Made by a program: the position numbers and the translations under genes. A stretch of DNA of 64,000 nt from Heterodontus francisci (taxonomy: Eukaryota): assembly GCF_036365525.1 (NCBI RefSeq), contig NC_090378.1, forward strand, positions 123,117,593 through 123,181,592, in the 5' to 3' direction. Each line of letters starts with the position of its first letter. Position 1 is the stretch's first letter. This document shows, one piece after another, positions 11,391-26,300 of the stretch. The notes beneath the pieces were generated by a model, which had not been told where the DNA came from, searched no databases, and worked only from the letters and a program-made list of their open reading frames with translations.

Positions 11391-14300
11391 ACTGGATTGT
11401 GAAGTGTGATGTTCCTGAGTACACCGACTGGATTGTGAAGTGTGATCTACCTGAGTACACAGACAGGACTGTGAAGTGTGATGTACCTGAGCACACAGAC
11501 TGGACTGTGAAGTGTGATGTTCCTGAGTACACAGACTGGATTGTGAAGTGTGATGTACCTGAGTACACAGACTGGATTGTGAAGTGTGATGTACCTGAGT
11601 ACACAGACTGGATTGTGAAGTGTGATGTACCTGAGTACACAGACCGGATTGAGAAGTGTGATGTTCCTGAGTACACTGACTGGATTGAGAAGTGTGATGT
11701 ACCTGAGTACACAGACTGAATTGTGAAGTGTGATGTACCTGAGTACACAGACTGGATTTTGAAGTGTGATGTTCCTGAGTACACAGACTGGATTGTGAAG
11801 TGTGATATACCTGAGTACACAGACTAGATTGTGAAGTGTGATGTTCCTGAGTACACAGCCTGGATTGTGAAGTGTGATGTACCTGAGTACACAGACTGGA
11901 TTGTGAAGTGTGATGTACCTGAGTACACAGACCGGATTGTTTTAGTGTGATGTATCTGAGTACAAAGATTGGATTGTGAAGTGTGATGTACCTGAGTACA
12001 CAGACTGGACTGTGAAGTGTGATGTATCTGAGTACACAGAATGCATTGTGAAGTGTGATGTACCTGAGTACACAGAATGGATTGTGAAGTGTGATGTACC
12101 TGAGTACACAGTCTGGTTTGTGAAGTGTGATGTACCTGTGTACACTGACTGGATTGTGAAGTGTGATGTATCTGAGTACACAGTCTGGACTGTGAAGTGT
12201 GATGTACCTGAGTACACAGACTGGATTGTGAAGTGTGATGTACCTGAGTATACTGACTGGATTGTGAAGTGTGATGTATCTGAGTACACAGACTGGATTG
12301 TGAAGAGTGATGTACCTGAGTACTCAGACAGAATTGTGAAGTGTGATGTACCTGAGTACACAGACTGGATTGTGAAGCGTGATGTACCCGAGTACACAGA
12401 CTGGATTGTGAAGTGTGATGTACCTGAGTACACAGAATGGATTGTGAAGTGTGATGTACCTGAGTACACAGACCGGATTGTGAAGTGTGATGTATCTGAG
12501 TACACAGATTGGATTGTGAAGTGTGATATACCTGAGTACACAGTCTGGTTTGTGAAGTGTGATGTACCTGTGTACACAGACTGGATTGTGAAGTGTGATG
12601 GATCTGAGTACACAGACTGGACTGTGAAGTGTGATGTACCTGAGTACACAGACTGGATTGTGAAGTGTGATGTACCTGAGTATACAGACTGGATTGTGAA
12701 GTGTGATGTATTTGAGTACACAGACTGGATTGTGAAGTGTGATGTACCTGAGTACACAGACAGAATTGTGAAGTGTGATGTACCTGAGTACACAGACTGG
12801 ATTGTGAAGTGTGATGTACCTGAGTACACAGACCGGATTGTGAAGTGTGATGTACCTGGGTACACAGACTGGATTGTGAAGTGTGATGTACCTGAGTACA
12901 TAGCCCGGATTGTGAAGAGTGATGTACCTGTGTACACAGACTGCATTACGAAGTGTGATGTACCTGAGTACACAGACTGGATTGTGAAGTGTGATGTATC
13001 TGTGTACACAGACTGGATTGCGAAGTGTGATGTACCTGAGTACACAGTCTGGTTTGTGAAGTGTTATATACCTGAGTACACAGACCGGATTGAGAAGTGT
13101 GATGTTCCTGAGTACACTGACTGGATTGAGAAGTGTGGTGTACCTGAGTACACAGACTGAATTGTGAAGTGTGATGTACCTGAGTACACAGACTGGATTT
13201 TGAAGTGTGATGTTCCTGAGTACACAGACAGGATTGTGAAGTGTGATGCACCTGAGTACACAGACCGGATTGAGAAGTGTGATGTTCCTGAGTACACTGA
13301 CTGGATTGAGAAGTGTGATATACCTGAGTACACAGACTAGATTGTGAAGTGTGATGTTCCTGAGTACACAGCCTGGATTGTGAAGTGTGATGTACCTGAG
13401 TACACAGACTGGATTGTGAAGTGTGATGTACCTGAGTACACAGACCGGATTGTTTTAGTGTGATGTATCTGAGTACACAGAATGGATTGTGAAGTGTGAT
13501 GTACCTGAGTACACAGTCTGGATTGTGAAGTGTGATGTACCTGAGTACACAGAATGGATTGTGAAGTGTGATGTATCTGAGTACACAGAATGGATTGTGA
13601 AGTGTGATGCACCTGAGTACACAGAATGGATTGTGAAGTGTGATGTACCTGAGTACACAGAATGGATTGTGAAGTGTGATGTACCTGAGTACAAAGATAG
13701 GATTGTGAAGTGTGATGTACCTGAGTACACAGAATGGATTGTGAAGTGTGATGTACCTGAGTACACAGACTGGTTTGTGAAGTGTGATGTACCTGTGTAC
13801 ACAGACTGGATTGTGAAGTGTGATGTATCTGAGTACACAGTCTGGACTGTGAAGTGTGATGTACCTGAGTACACAGACTGGATTGTGAAGTGTGATGTAC
13901 CTGAGTATACAGACTGGATTGTGAAGTGTGATGTATCTGAGTACACAGACTGGATTGTGAAGAATGATGTACCTGAGTACTCAGACAGAATTGTGAAGTG
14001 TGATGTACCTGAGTACACAGACTGGATTCGTGAAGCGTGATGTACCTGAGTACTCAGACAGAATTGTGAAGTGTGATGTACCTGAGTACACAGACTGGAT
14101 TGTGAAGTGTGATGTACCTGAGTACACAGAATGGATTGTGAAGTGTGATGTACCTGAGTACACAGACCGGATTGTGAAGTGTGATGTATCTGAGTGCACA
14201 GATTGGATTGTGAAGTGTGATGTACCTGAGTACACAGTCTGGTTTGTGAAGTGTGATGTACCTGTGTACACAGACTGGATTGTGAAGTGTGATGTATCTG

Positions 14301-17300
14301 AGTACACAGACTGGACTGTGAAGTGTGATGTACCTGAGTACACAGACTGGATTGTGAAGTGTGATGTACCTGAGTATACAGACTGGATTGTGAAGTGTGA
14401 TGTACCTGAATACACAGACTGGATTGTGAAGTGTGATGTACCCGAGTACACAGACTGGATTGTGAAGTGTAATGTACCTGAGCACACAGACCGGATTGTG
14501 AAGTGTGATGTACCTGAGTACACAGACTGGATTGTGAAGTGTGATGTACCTGAGTACACAGACTGGATTGTGAAGTGTAATGTACCTGAGCACACAGACT
14601 GGATTGTGAAGTGTGATGTACCTGAGTACACAGCCCAGATTGTGAAGAGTGACGTACCTGAGTACACAGACTGGATTGTGAAGTGTGATGTACCTGAGTA
14701 CACAGACCGGATTGTGAAGTGTGATGTACCTGAGTACACAGACTGGATTGTGAAGTGTGATGTACCTGAGTACATAGCCCGGATTGTGAAGAGTGATGTA
14801 CCTGTGTACACAGACTGCATTGCGAAGTGTGATGTACCTGAGTACACAGACTGGATTGTGAAGTGTGATGTATCTGTGTACACAGACTGGATTGCGAAGT
14901 GTGATGTAGCTGAGTACACAGTCTGGTTTGTGAAGTGTTATATACCTGAGTACGCAGACTTCATTGTGAAGTCTGATGTACCTGAGTACACAGACTGGAT
15001 TGTGAAGTGTGATGTACCTGAGTACACAGACTGGATTGTGAAGTGTCATGTACCTGAGTACACAGACTGGATTGTGAAGTGTGATGTACCTGAGTGCAGA
15101 GACCGGATTGTGAAGTGTGATGTATCTGAGTACACAGTTTGGATTGTGAAGTGTGATGTATCTGAGTACACAGACTGGATTGTGAAGCGTGATGGACCCG
15201 AGTACACAGACTGGATTGTGAAGTGTAATGTACCTGAGCACACAGACTGGATTGTGAAGTGTGATGTACCTGAGTACACAGCCCAGATTGTGAAGTGTGA
15301 TGTTCCTGAGTGCACAGACAGGATTGTGAAGTGTGATGTACCTGAGTACACAGACTGGATTGTGAAGTGTGATGTACCTGAGTACACAGACTGGATTGTG
15401 AAGTGTGATGTTCCTGAGTGCACAGACAGGATTGTGAAGTGTGATGTACCTGAGTACACAGACTGGATTGTGAAGTGTGATGCACCTGAGTACACAGACT
15501 GGATTGTGAAGTGTGATGTACCTGAGTACACAGACTGGATTGTGAAGTGTGATGTACCTGTGTGCACGGACTGGATTGCGAAGTGTGATGTACCTGAGTA
15601 CACAGTCTGGATTGTGAAGTGTTATATACCTGAGTACACAGACTGGATTGTGAAGTGTGATGTACATGAGTGCACAGCCAGGATTGTGAAGTGTGATGTA
15701 CCTGAGTACACAGACTGGATTGTGAAGTGTGATGTACCTGTGTACACGGACTGGATTGCGAAGTGTGATGTACCTGAGTACACAGACTGGATTGTGAAGT
15801 GTGATGTACCTGAGTACACAGACAGGATTGTGAAGTGTGATGTACCTGAGTACACAGACTGGATTGTGAAGTGTGATGTACCTGTGTACACGGACTGGAT
15901 TGCGAAGTGTGATGTACCTGTGTACACAGACAGGATTGTGAAGTGTGATGTACCTGAGTACACAGACTGGATTGTGAAGTGTGATGTACCTGAGTACACA
16001 GACTGGATTGTGAAGTGTGATGTACCTGAGTACACAGACTGGATTGTGAAGTGTGATGTACCTGTGTACACGGACTGGATTGCGAAGTGTGATGTACCTG
16101 AGTACACAGACTGGATTGTGAAGTGTGATGTACCTGAGTTCACGGACTGGATTGTGAAGTGTGATGTACCTGAGTACACAGACTGGATTGTGAACGGTGA
16201 TAGAACTGAGTACACAGATTGGATTGTGAACGGTGATGTCTCTGAGTACACAGTCCGTATTGTGAAGTGTGATATACCTGAGTACACAGACTGGATTGTG
16301 AAGTGTGATATACCTGAGTACACAGACTGGATTGTGCAGTGTGATATACCTGAGTACACAGACTGGATGGTGAAGTGTGATGTATCTGAGTATACAGACT
16401 GGATTGTGAAGTGTGATATACCTGATTACACAGACTGGATTGTGATGTGTGATATACCTGATTACACAGACTGGATTGTGAAGTGTGATGTACCTGAGTA
16501 CTCAGACCGGATTGTGAAGTGTGTTGTACCTGAGTACACAGACTGGATTGTGAATTGTGATGTTCCTGAGTACACAGACCGGATTGTGAAGTGTGATGTA
16601 CCTGAGTACACAGACCGGATTGTGAAGTGTGATGTACCTGAGTACACAGACTGGATTGTGAAGTGTGATGTACCTGAGTACGCAGACCGGATTGTGAAGT
16701 GTGATTTACCTGAGTACACAGACCGGATTGTGAAGAGTGATGTACCTGAGTACACAGAATGGATTGTGAAGTGTGATGCACCTGAGTACACAGACTGGAC
16801 TGTGAATTGTGATGTACCTGAGTAAGCAGAATGGATTGTGAAGTGTGATGTGCCTGTGTACACAGACTGGATTGTGAAGTGTGATGTTCCTGAGTGCACA
16901 GACAGGATTGTGAAGTGTGATGTACCTGAGTACACAGACTGGATTGTGAAGTGTGATGTACCTGTGTACACAGACTGGATTGTGAAGTGTGATGTACCTG
17001 AGTACACAGACTGGATTGTGAAGTGTGATGTACCTGTGTACACAGACTGGATTGTGAAGTGTGATGTACCTGTGTACACAGACTGGATTCTGAAGTTTGA
17101 TGTACCTGAGTACACAGACTGGATTGTGAAGTGTGATGTACCTGTGTACACAGAGTGGATTGTGAAGTGTGATGTACCCGAGTACACAGACTGGATTGTG
17201 AAGTGTAATGTACCTGAGCACACAGACTGGATTGTGAAGTGTGATGTACCTGAGTACACAGACTGGATTGTGAAGTGTGATGTACCTGAGTACACAGACT

Positions 17301-20300
17301 GGATTGTGAAGTGTAATGTACCTGAGCACACAGACTGGATTGTGAAGTGTGATGTACCTGAGTACACAGCCCAGATTGTGAAGAGTGACGTCCCTGAGTA
17401 CACAGACTGGATTGTGAAGTGTGATGTACCTGAGTACACAGACCGGATTGTGAAGTGTGATGTACCTGAGTACACAGACTGGATTGTGAAGTGTGATGTA
17501 CCTGAGTACATAGCCCGGATTGTGAAGAGTGATGTACCTGTGTACACAGACTGCATTGCGAAGTGTGATGTACCTGAGTACACAGACTGGATTGTGAAGT
17601 GTGATGTATCTGTGTACACAGACTGGATTGCGAAGTGTGATGTACCTGAGTACACAGTCTGGTTTGTGAAGTGTTATATACCTGAGTACGCAGACTGGAT
17701 TGTGAAGTCTGATGTACCTGAGTACACAGACTGGATTGTGAAGTGTGATGTACCTGAGTACACAGACTGGATTGTGAAGTGTCATGTACCTGAGTACACA
17801 GACTGGATTGTGAAGTGTGATGTACCTGAGTGCAGAGACCGGATTGTGAAGTGTGATGTATCTGAGTACACAGTTTGGATTGTGAAGTGTGATGTATCTG
17901 AGTACACAGACTGGATTGTGAAGCGTGATGAACCCGAGTACACAGACTGGATTGTGAAGTGTAATGTACCTGAGCACACAGACTGGATTGTGAAGTGTGA
18001 TGTACCTGAGTACACAGCCCAGATTGTGAAGTGTGATGTTCCTGAGTGCACAGACAGGATTGTGAAGTGTGATGTACCTGAGTACACAGACTGGATTGTG
18101 AAGTGTGATGTACCTGAGTACACAGACTGGATTGTGAAGTGTGATGTTCCTGAGTGCACAGACAGGATTGTGAAGTGTGATGTACCTGAGTTCACAGACT
18201 GGATTGTGAAGTGTGATGTACCTGAGTACACAGACTGGATTGTGAAGTGTGATGTACCTGAGTACACAGACTGGATTGTGAAGTGTGATGTACCTGTGTA
18301 CACGGACTGGATTGCGAAGTGTGATGTACCTGAGTACACAGTCTGGATTGTGAAGTGTTATATACCTGAGTACACAGACTGGATTGTGAAGTGTGATGTA
18401 CATGAGTGCACAGACTGGATTGTGAAGTGTGATGTACCTGTGTACACGGACTGGATTGCGAAGTGAGATGTACCTGAGTACACAGACTGGATTGTGAAGT
18501 GTGATGTACCTGAGTACACAGACAGGATTGTGAAGTGTGATGTACCTGAGTACACAGACTGGATTGTGAAGTGTGATGTACCTGTGTACACGGACTGGAT
18601 TGCGAAGTGTGATGTACCTGTGTACACAGACAGGATTGTGAAGTGTGATGTACCTGAGTACACAGACTGGATTGTGAAGTGTGATGTACCTGAGTACACA
18701 GACTGGATTGTGAAGTGTGATGTACCTGAGTACACGGACTGGATTGTGAAGTGTGATGTACCTGTGTACACGGACTGGATTGCGAAGTGTGATGTACCTG
18801 AGTTCACGGACTGGATTGTGAAGTGTGATGTACCTGAGTACACAGACTGGATTGTGAACGGTGATATACCTGAGTACACAGATTGGATTGTGAACGGTGA
18901 TGTCTCTGAGTACACAGTCCGTATTGTGAAGTGTGATATACCTGAGTACACAGACTGGATTGTGAAGTGTGATATACCTGAGTACACAGACTGGATTGTG
19001 CAGTGTGATATACCTGAGTACACAGACTGGATGGTGAAGTGTGATGTATCTGAGTATACAGACTGGATTGTGAAGTGTGATATACCTGATTACACAGACT
19101 GGATTGTGATGTGTGATATACCTGATTACACAGACTGGATTGTGAAGTGTGATGTACCTGAGTACTCAGACCGGATTGTGAAGTGTGTTGTACCTGAGTA
19201 CACAGACTGGATTGTGAATTGTGATGTTCCTGAGTACACAGACCGGATTGTGAAGTGTGATGTACCTGAGTACACAGACCGGATTGTGAAGTGTGATGTA
19301 CCTGAGTACACAGACTGGATTGTGAAGTGTGATGTACCTGAGTACGCAGACCGGATTGTGAAGTGTGATTTACCTGAGTACACAGACCGGATTGTGAAGA
19401 GTGATGTACCTGAGTACACAGAATGGATTGTGAAGTGTGATGCACCTGAGTACACAGACTGGACTGTGAATTGTGATGTACCTGAGTAAGCAGAATGGAT
19501 TGTGAAGTGTGATGTGCCTGTGTACACAGACTGGATTGTGAAGTGTGATGTTCCTGAGTGCACAGACAGGATTGTGAAGTGTGATGTACCTGAGTACACA
19601 GACTGGATTGTGAAGTGTGATGTACCTGTGTACACAGACTGGATTGTGAAGTGTGATGTACCTGAGTACACAGACTGGATTGTGAAGTGTGATGTACCTG
19701 TGTACACAGACTGGATTGTGAAGTGTGATGTACCTGTGTGCACAGACTGGATTGTGAAGTGTGATGTACCTGAGTACACAGACTGGATTGTGAAGTGTGA
19801 TGTACCTGAGTACTCAGACTGGATTGCGAAGTGTGATGTACCTCAGTACACAGACTGGATTGTGATGTGTGATGTACCTGAGTACACAGACTGGATTGTG
19901 AAGTGTGATATACCTGATTACACAGACTGGATTGTGAAGTGTGATGTACCTGAGTACACAGTCTGGATTGTGAAGTGTGATGTATCTGAGTACACAGACT
20001 GGATTGTGAAGTGTGATGTACCTGTGTACACGGACTGGATTGCGAAGTGTGATGTACCTGAGTACACAGACTGGATTGTGAAGTGTGATGTACCTGAGTA
20101 CACAGACTGGATTGTGAAATGTGATGTACCTGTGTACACGGACTGGATTGCGAAGTGTGATGTACCTGTGTACACAGACAGGATTGTGAAGTGTGATGTA
20201 CCTGAGTACACAGACTGGATTGTGAAGTGTGATGTACCTGAGTACACAGACTGGATTGTGAAGTGTGATGTACCTGAGTACACAGACTGGATTGTGAAGT

Positions 20301-23300
20301 GTGATGTACCTGTGTACACGGATAGGATTGCGAAGTGTGATGTACCTGAGTATGCAGACTGGATTGTGAAGTGTGATGTTCCTGACTACACAGACTGGAT
20401 TGTGAAGAGCGATGTAACTGAGTACACAGACTGGATTGTGAAGTGTGATGTACCTGAGGACACAGACTGGATTGCGAAGTGTGATGTACCTGAGTACACA
20501 GTCTGGATTGTGAAGTGTTATATACCTGAGTACACAGACTGGATTGTGAAGTGTGATGTACATGAGTGCACAGCCAGGATTGTGAAGTGTGATGTACCTG
20601 AGTACACAGACTGGATTGTGAAGTGTGATGTACCTGTGTACACGGACTGGATTGCGAAGTGAGATGTACCTGAGTACACAGACTGGATTGTGAAGTGTGA
20701 TGTACCTGAGTACACAGACAGGATTGTGAAGTGTGATGTACCTGAGTACACAGACTGGATTGTGAAGTGTGATGTACCTGTGTACACGGACTGGATTGTG
20801 AAGTGTGATGTACCTGTGTACACAGACAGGATTGTGAAGTGTGATGTACCTGAGTACACAGACTGGATTGTGAAGTGTGATGTACCTGAGTACACAGACT
20901 GGATTGTGAAGTGTGATGTACCTGAGTACACGGACTGGATTGTGAAGTGTGATGTACCTGTGTACACGGACTGGATTGCGAAGTGTGATGTACCTGAGTT
21001 CACGGACTGGATTGTGAAGTGTGATGTACCTGAGTACACAGACTGGATTGTGAACGGTGATATACCTGAGTACACAGATTGGATTGTGAACGGTGATGTC
21101 TCTGAGTACACAGTCCGTATTGTGAAGTGTGATATACCTGAGTACACAGACTGGATTGTGAAGTGTGATATACCTGAGTACACAGACTGGATTGTGCAGT
21201 GTGATATACCTGAGTACACAGACTGGATGGTGAAGTGTGATGTATCTGAGTATACAGACTGGATTGTGAAGTGTGATATACCTGATTACACAGACTGGAT
21301 TGTGATGTGTGATATACCTGATTACACAGACTGGATTGTGAAGTGTGATGTACCTGAGTACTCAGACCGGATTGTGAAGTGTGTTGTACCTGAGTACACA
21401 GACTGGATTGTGAATTGTGATGTTCCTGAGTACACAGACCGGATTGTGAAGTGTGATGTACCTGAGTACACAGACCGGATTGTGAAGTGTGATGTACCTG
21501 AGTACACAGACTGGATTGTGAAGTGTGATGTACCTGAGTACGCAGACCGGATTGTGAAGTGTGATTTACCTGAGTACACAGACCGGATTGTGAAGAGTGA
21601 TGTACCTGAGTACACAGAATGGATTGTGAAGTGTGATGCACCTGAGTACACAGACTGGACTGTGAATTGTGATGTACCTGAGTAAGCAGAATGGATTGTG
21701 AAGTGTGATGTGCCTGTGTACACAGACTGGATTGTGAAGTGTGATGTTCCTGAGTGCACAGACAGGATTGTGAAGTGTGATGTACCTGAGTACACAGACT
21801 GGATTGTGAAGTGTGATGTACCTGTGTACACAGACTGGATTGTGAAGTGTGATGTACCTGAGTACACAGACTGGATTGTGAAGTGTGATGTACCTGTGTA
21901 CACAGACTGGATTGTGAAGTGTGATGTACCTGTGTGCACAGACTGGATTGTGAAGTGTGATGTACCTGAGTACACAGACTGGATTGTGAAGTGTGATGTA
22001 CCTGAGTACTCAGACTGGATTGCGAAGTGTGATGTACCTCAGTACACAGACTGGATTGTGATGTGTGATGTACCTGAGTACACAGACTGGATTGTGAAGT
22101 GTGATATACCTGATTACACAGACTGGATTGTGAAGTGTGATGTACCTGAGTACACAGTCTGGATTGTGAAGTGTGATGTATCTGAGTACACAGACTGGAT
22201 TGTGAAGTGTGATGTACCTGTGTACACGGACTGGATTGCGAAGTGTGATGTACCTGAGTACACAGACTGGATTGTGAAGTGTGATGTACCTGAGTACACA
22301 GACTGGATTGTGAAATGTGATGTACCTGTGTACACGGACTGGATTGCGAAGTGTGATGTACCTGTGTACACAGACAGGATTGTGAAGTGTGATGTACCTG
22401 AGTACACAGACTGGATTGTGAAGTGTGATGTACCTGAGTACACAGACTGGATTGTGAAGTGTGATGTACCTGAGTACACAGACTGGATTGTGAAGTGTGA
22501 TGTACCTGTGTACACGGACTGGATTGCGAAGTGTGATGTACCTGAGTATGCAGACTGGATTGTGAAGTGTGATGTTCCTGACTACACAGACTGGATTGTG
22601 AAGAGCGATGTAACTGAGTACACAGACTGGATTGTGAAGTGTGATGTACCTGAGGACACAGACTGGATTGTGAAGTGTGATGTACCTGAGTACACAGACT
22701 GGATTGTGAAGTGTGATGTACCTGAGTTCACGGACTGGATTGTGAAGTGTGATGTACCTGAGTACACAGACTGGATTGTGAACGGTGATATACCTGAGTA
22801 CACAGATTGGATTGTGAACGGTGATGTCTCTGAGTACACAGTCCGTATTGTGAAGTGTGATATACCTGAGTACACAGACTGGATTGTGAAGTGTGATATC
22901 CCTGAGTACACAGACTGGATTGTGCAGTGTGATATACCTGAGTACACAGACTGGATTGTGAAGTGTGATATACCTGATTACACAGACTGGATTGTGAAGT
23001 GTGATGTACCTGAGTACACAGACTGGATTGTGAAGTGTGATATACCTGATTACACAGACTGCATTGCGAAGTGTGATGTACCTGAGTACACAGACTGGAT
23101 TGTGAAGTGTGATGTATCTGTGTACACAGACTGGATTGCGAAGTGTGATGTAGCTGAGTACACAGTCTGGTTTGTGAAGTGTTATATACCTGAGTACGCA
23201 GACTTCATTGTGAAGTCTGATGTACCTGAGTACACAGACTGGATTGTGAAGTGTGATGTACCTGAGTACACAGACTGGATTGTGAAGTGTCATGTACCTG

Positions 23301-26300
23301 AGTACACAGACTGGATTGTGAAGTGTGATGTACCTGAGTGCAGAGACCGGATTGTGAAGTGTGATGTATCTGAGTACACAGTTTGGATTGTGAAGTGTGA
23401 TGTATCTGAGTACACAGACTGGATTGTGAAGCGTGATGGACCCGAGTACACAGACTGGATTGTGAAGTGTAATGTACCTGAGCACACAGACTGGATTGTG
23501 AAGTGTGATGTACCTGAGTACACAGCCCAGATTGTGAAGTGTGATGTTCCTGAGTGCACAGACAGGATTGTGAAGTGTGATGTACCTGAGTACACAGACT
23601 GGATTGTGAAGTGTGATGTACCTGAGTACACAGACTGGATTGTGAAGTGTGATGTTCCTGAGTGCACAGACAGGATTGTGAAGTGTGATGTACCTGAGTA
23701 CACAGACTGGATTGTGAAGTGTGATGCACCTGAGTACACAGACTGGATTGTGAAGTGTGATGTACCTGAGTACACAGACTGGATTGTGAAGTGTGATGTA
23801 CCTGTGTGCACGGACTGGATTGCGAAGTGTGATGTACCTGAGTACACAGTCTGGATTGTGAAGTGTTATATACCTGAGTACACAGACTGGATTGTGAAGT
23901 GTGATGTACATGAGTGCACAGCCAGGATTGTGAAGTGTGATGTACCCGAGTACACAGACTGGATTGTGAAGTGTGATGTACCTGTGTACACGGACTGGAT
24001 TGCGAAGTGTGATGTACCTGAGTACACAGACTGGATTGTGAAGTGTGATGTACCTGAGTACACAGACAGGATTGTGAAGTGTGATGTACCTGAGTACACA
24101 GACTGGATTGTGAAGTGTGATGTACCTGTGTACACGGACTGGATTGCGAAGTGTGATGTACCTGTGTACACAGACAGGATTGTGAAGTGTGATGTACCTG
24201 AGTACACAGACTGGATTGTGAAGTGTGATGTACCTGAGTACACAGACTGGATTGTGAAGTGTGATGTACCTGAGTACACAGACTGGATTGTGAAGTGTGA
24301 TGTACCTGTGTACACGGACTGGATTGCGAAGTGTGATGTACCTGAGTACACAGACTGGATTGTGAAGTGTGATGTACCTGAGTTCACGGACTGGATTGTG
24401 AAGTGTGATGTACCTGAGTACACAGACTGGATTGTGAACGGTGATAGAACTGAGTACACAGATTGGATTGTGAACGGTGATGTCTCTGAGTACACAGTCC
24501 GTATTGTGAAGTGTGATATACCTGAGTACACAGACTGGATTGTGAAGTGTGATATACCTGAGTACACAGACTGGATTGTGCAGTGTGATATACCTGAGTA
24601 CACAGACTGGATGGTGAAGTGTGATGTATCTGAGTATACAGACTGGATTGTGAAGTGTGATATACCTGATTACACAGACTGGATTGTGATGTGTGATATA
24701 CCTGATTACACAGACTGGATTGTGAAGTGTGATGTACCTGAGTACTCAGACCGGATTGTGAAGTGTGTTGTACCTGAGTACACAGACTGGATTGTGAATT
24801 GTGATGTTCCTGAGTACACAGACCGGATTGTGAAGTGTGATGTACCTGAGTACACAGACCGGATTGTGAAGTGTGATGTACCTGAGTACACAGACTGGAT
24901 TGTGAAGTGTGATGTACCTGAGTACGCAGACCGGATTGTGAAGTGTGATTTACCTGAGTACACAGACCGGATTGTGAAGAGTGATGTACCTGAGTACACA
25001 GAATGGATTGTGAAGTGTGATGCACCTGAGTACACAGACTGGACTGTGAATTGTGATGTACCTGAGTAAGCAGAATGGATTGTGAAGTGTGATGTGCCTG
25101 TGTACACAGACTGGATTGTGAAGTGTGATGTTCCTGAGTGCACAGACAGGATTGTGAAGTGTGATGTACCTGAGTACACAGACTGGATTGTGAAGTGTGA
25201 TGTACCTGTGTACACAGACTGGATTGTGAAGTGTGATGTACCTGAGTACACAGACTGGATTGTGAAGTGTGATGTACCTGTGTACACAGACTGGATTGTG
25301 AAGTGTGATGTACCTGTGTACACAGACTGGATTCTGAAGTTTGATGTACCTGAGTACACAGACTGGATTGTGAAGTGTGATGTACCTGTGTACACAGAGT
25401 GGATTGTGAAGTGTGATGTACCCGAGTACACAGACTGGATTGTGAAGTGTAATGTACCTGAGCACACAGACTGGATTGTGAAGTGTGATGTACCTGAGTA
25501 CACAGACTGGATTGTGAAGTGTGATGTACCTGAGTACACAGACTGGATTGTGAAGTGTAATGTACCTGAGCACACAGACTGGATTGTGAAGTGTGATGTA
25601 CCTGAGTACACAGCCCAGATTGTGAAGAGTGACGTCCCTGAGTACACAGACTGGATTGTGAAGTGTGATGTACCTGAGTACACAGACCGGATTGTGAAGT
25701 GTGATGTACCTGAGTACACAGACTGGATTGTGAAGTGTGATGTACCTGAGTACATAGCCCGGATTGTGAAGAGTGATGTACCTGTGTACACAGACTGCAT
25801 TGCGAAGTGTGATGTACCTGAGTACACAGACTGGATTGTGAAGTGTGATGTATCTGTGTACACAGACTGAATTGCGAAGTGTGATGTACCTGAGTACACA
25901 GTCTGGTTTGTGAAGTGTTATATACCTGAGTACGCAGACTGGATTGTGAAGTCTGATGTACCTGAGTACACAGACTGGATTGTGAAGTGTGATGTACCTG
26001 AGTACACAGACTGGATTGTGAAGTGTCATGTACCTGAGTACACAGACTGGATTGTGAAGTGTGATGTACCTGAGTGCAGAGACCGGATTGTGAAGTGTGA
26101 TGTATCTGAGTACACAGTTTGGATTGTGAAGTGTGATGTATCTGAGTACACAGACTGGATTGTGAAGCGTGATGAACCCGAGTACACAGACTGGATTGTG
26201 AAGTGTAATGTACCTGAGCACACAGACTGGATTGTGAAGTGTGATGTACCTGAGTACACAGCCCAGATTGTGAAGTGTGATGTTCCTGAGTGCACAGACA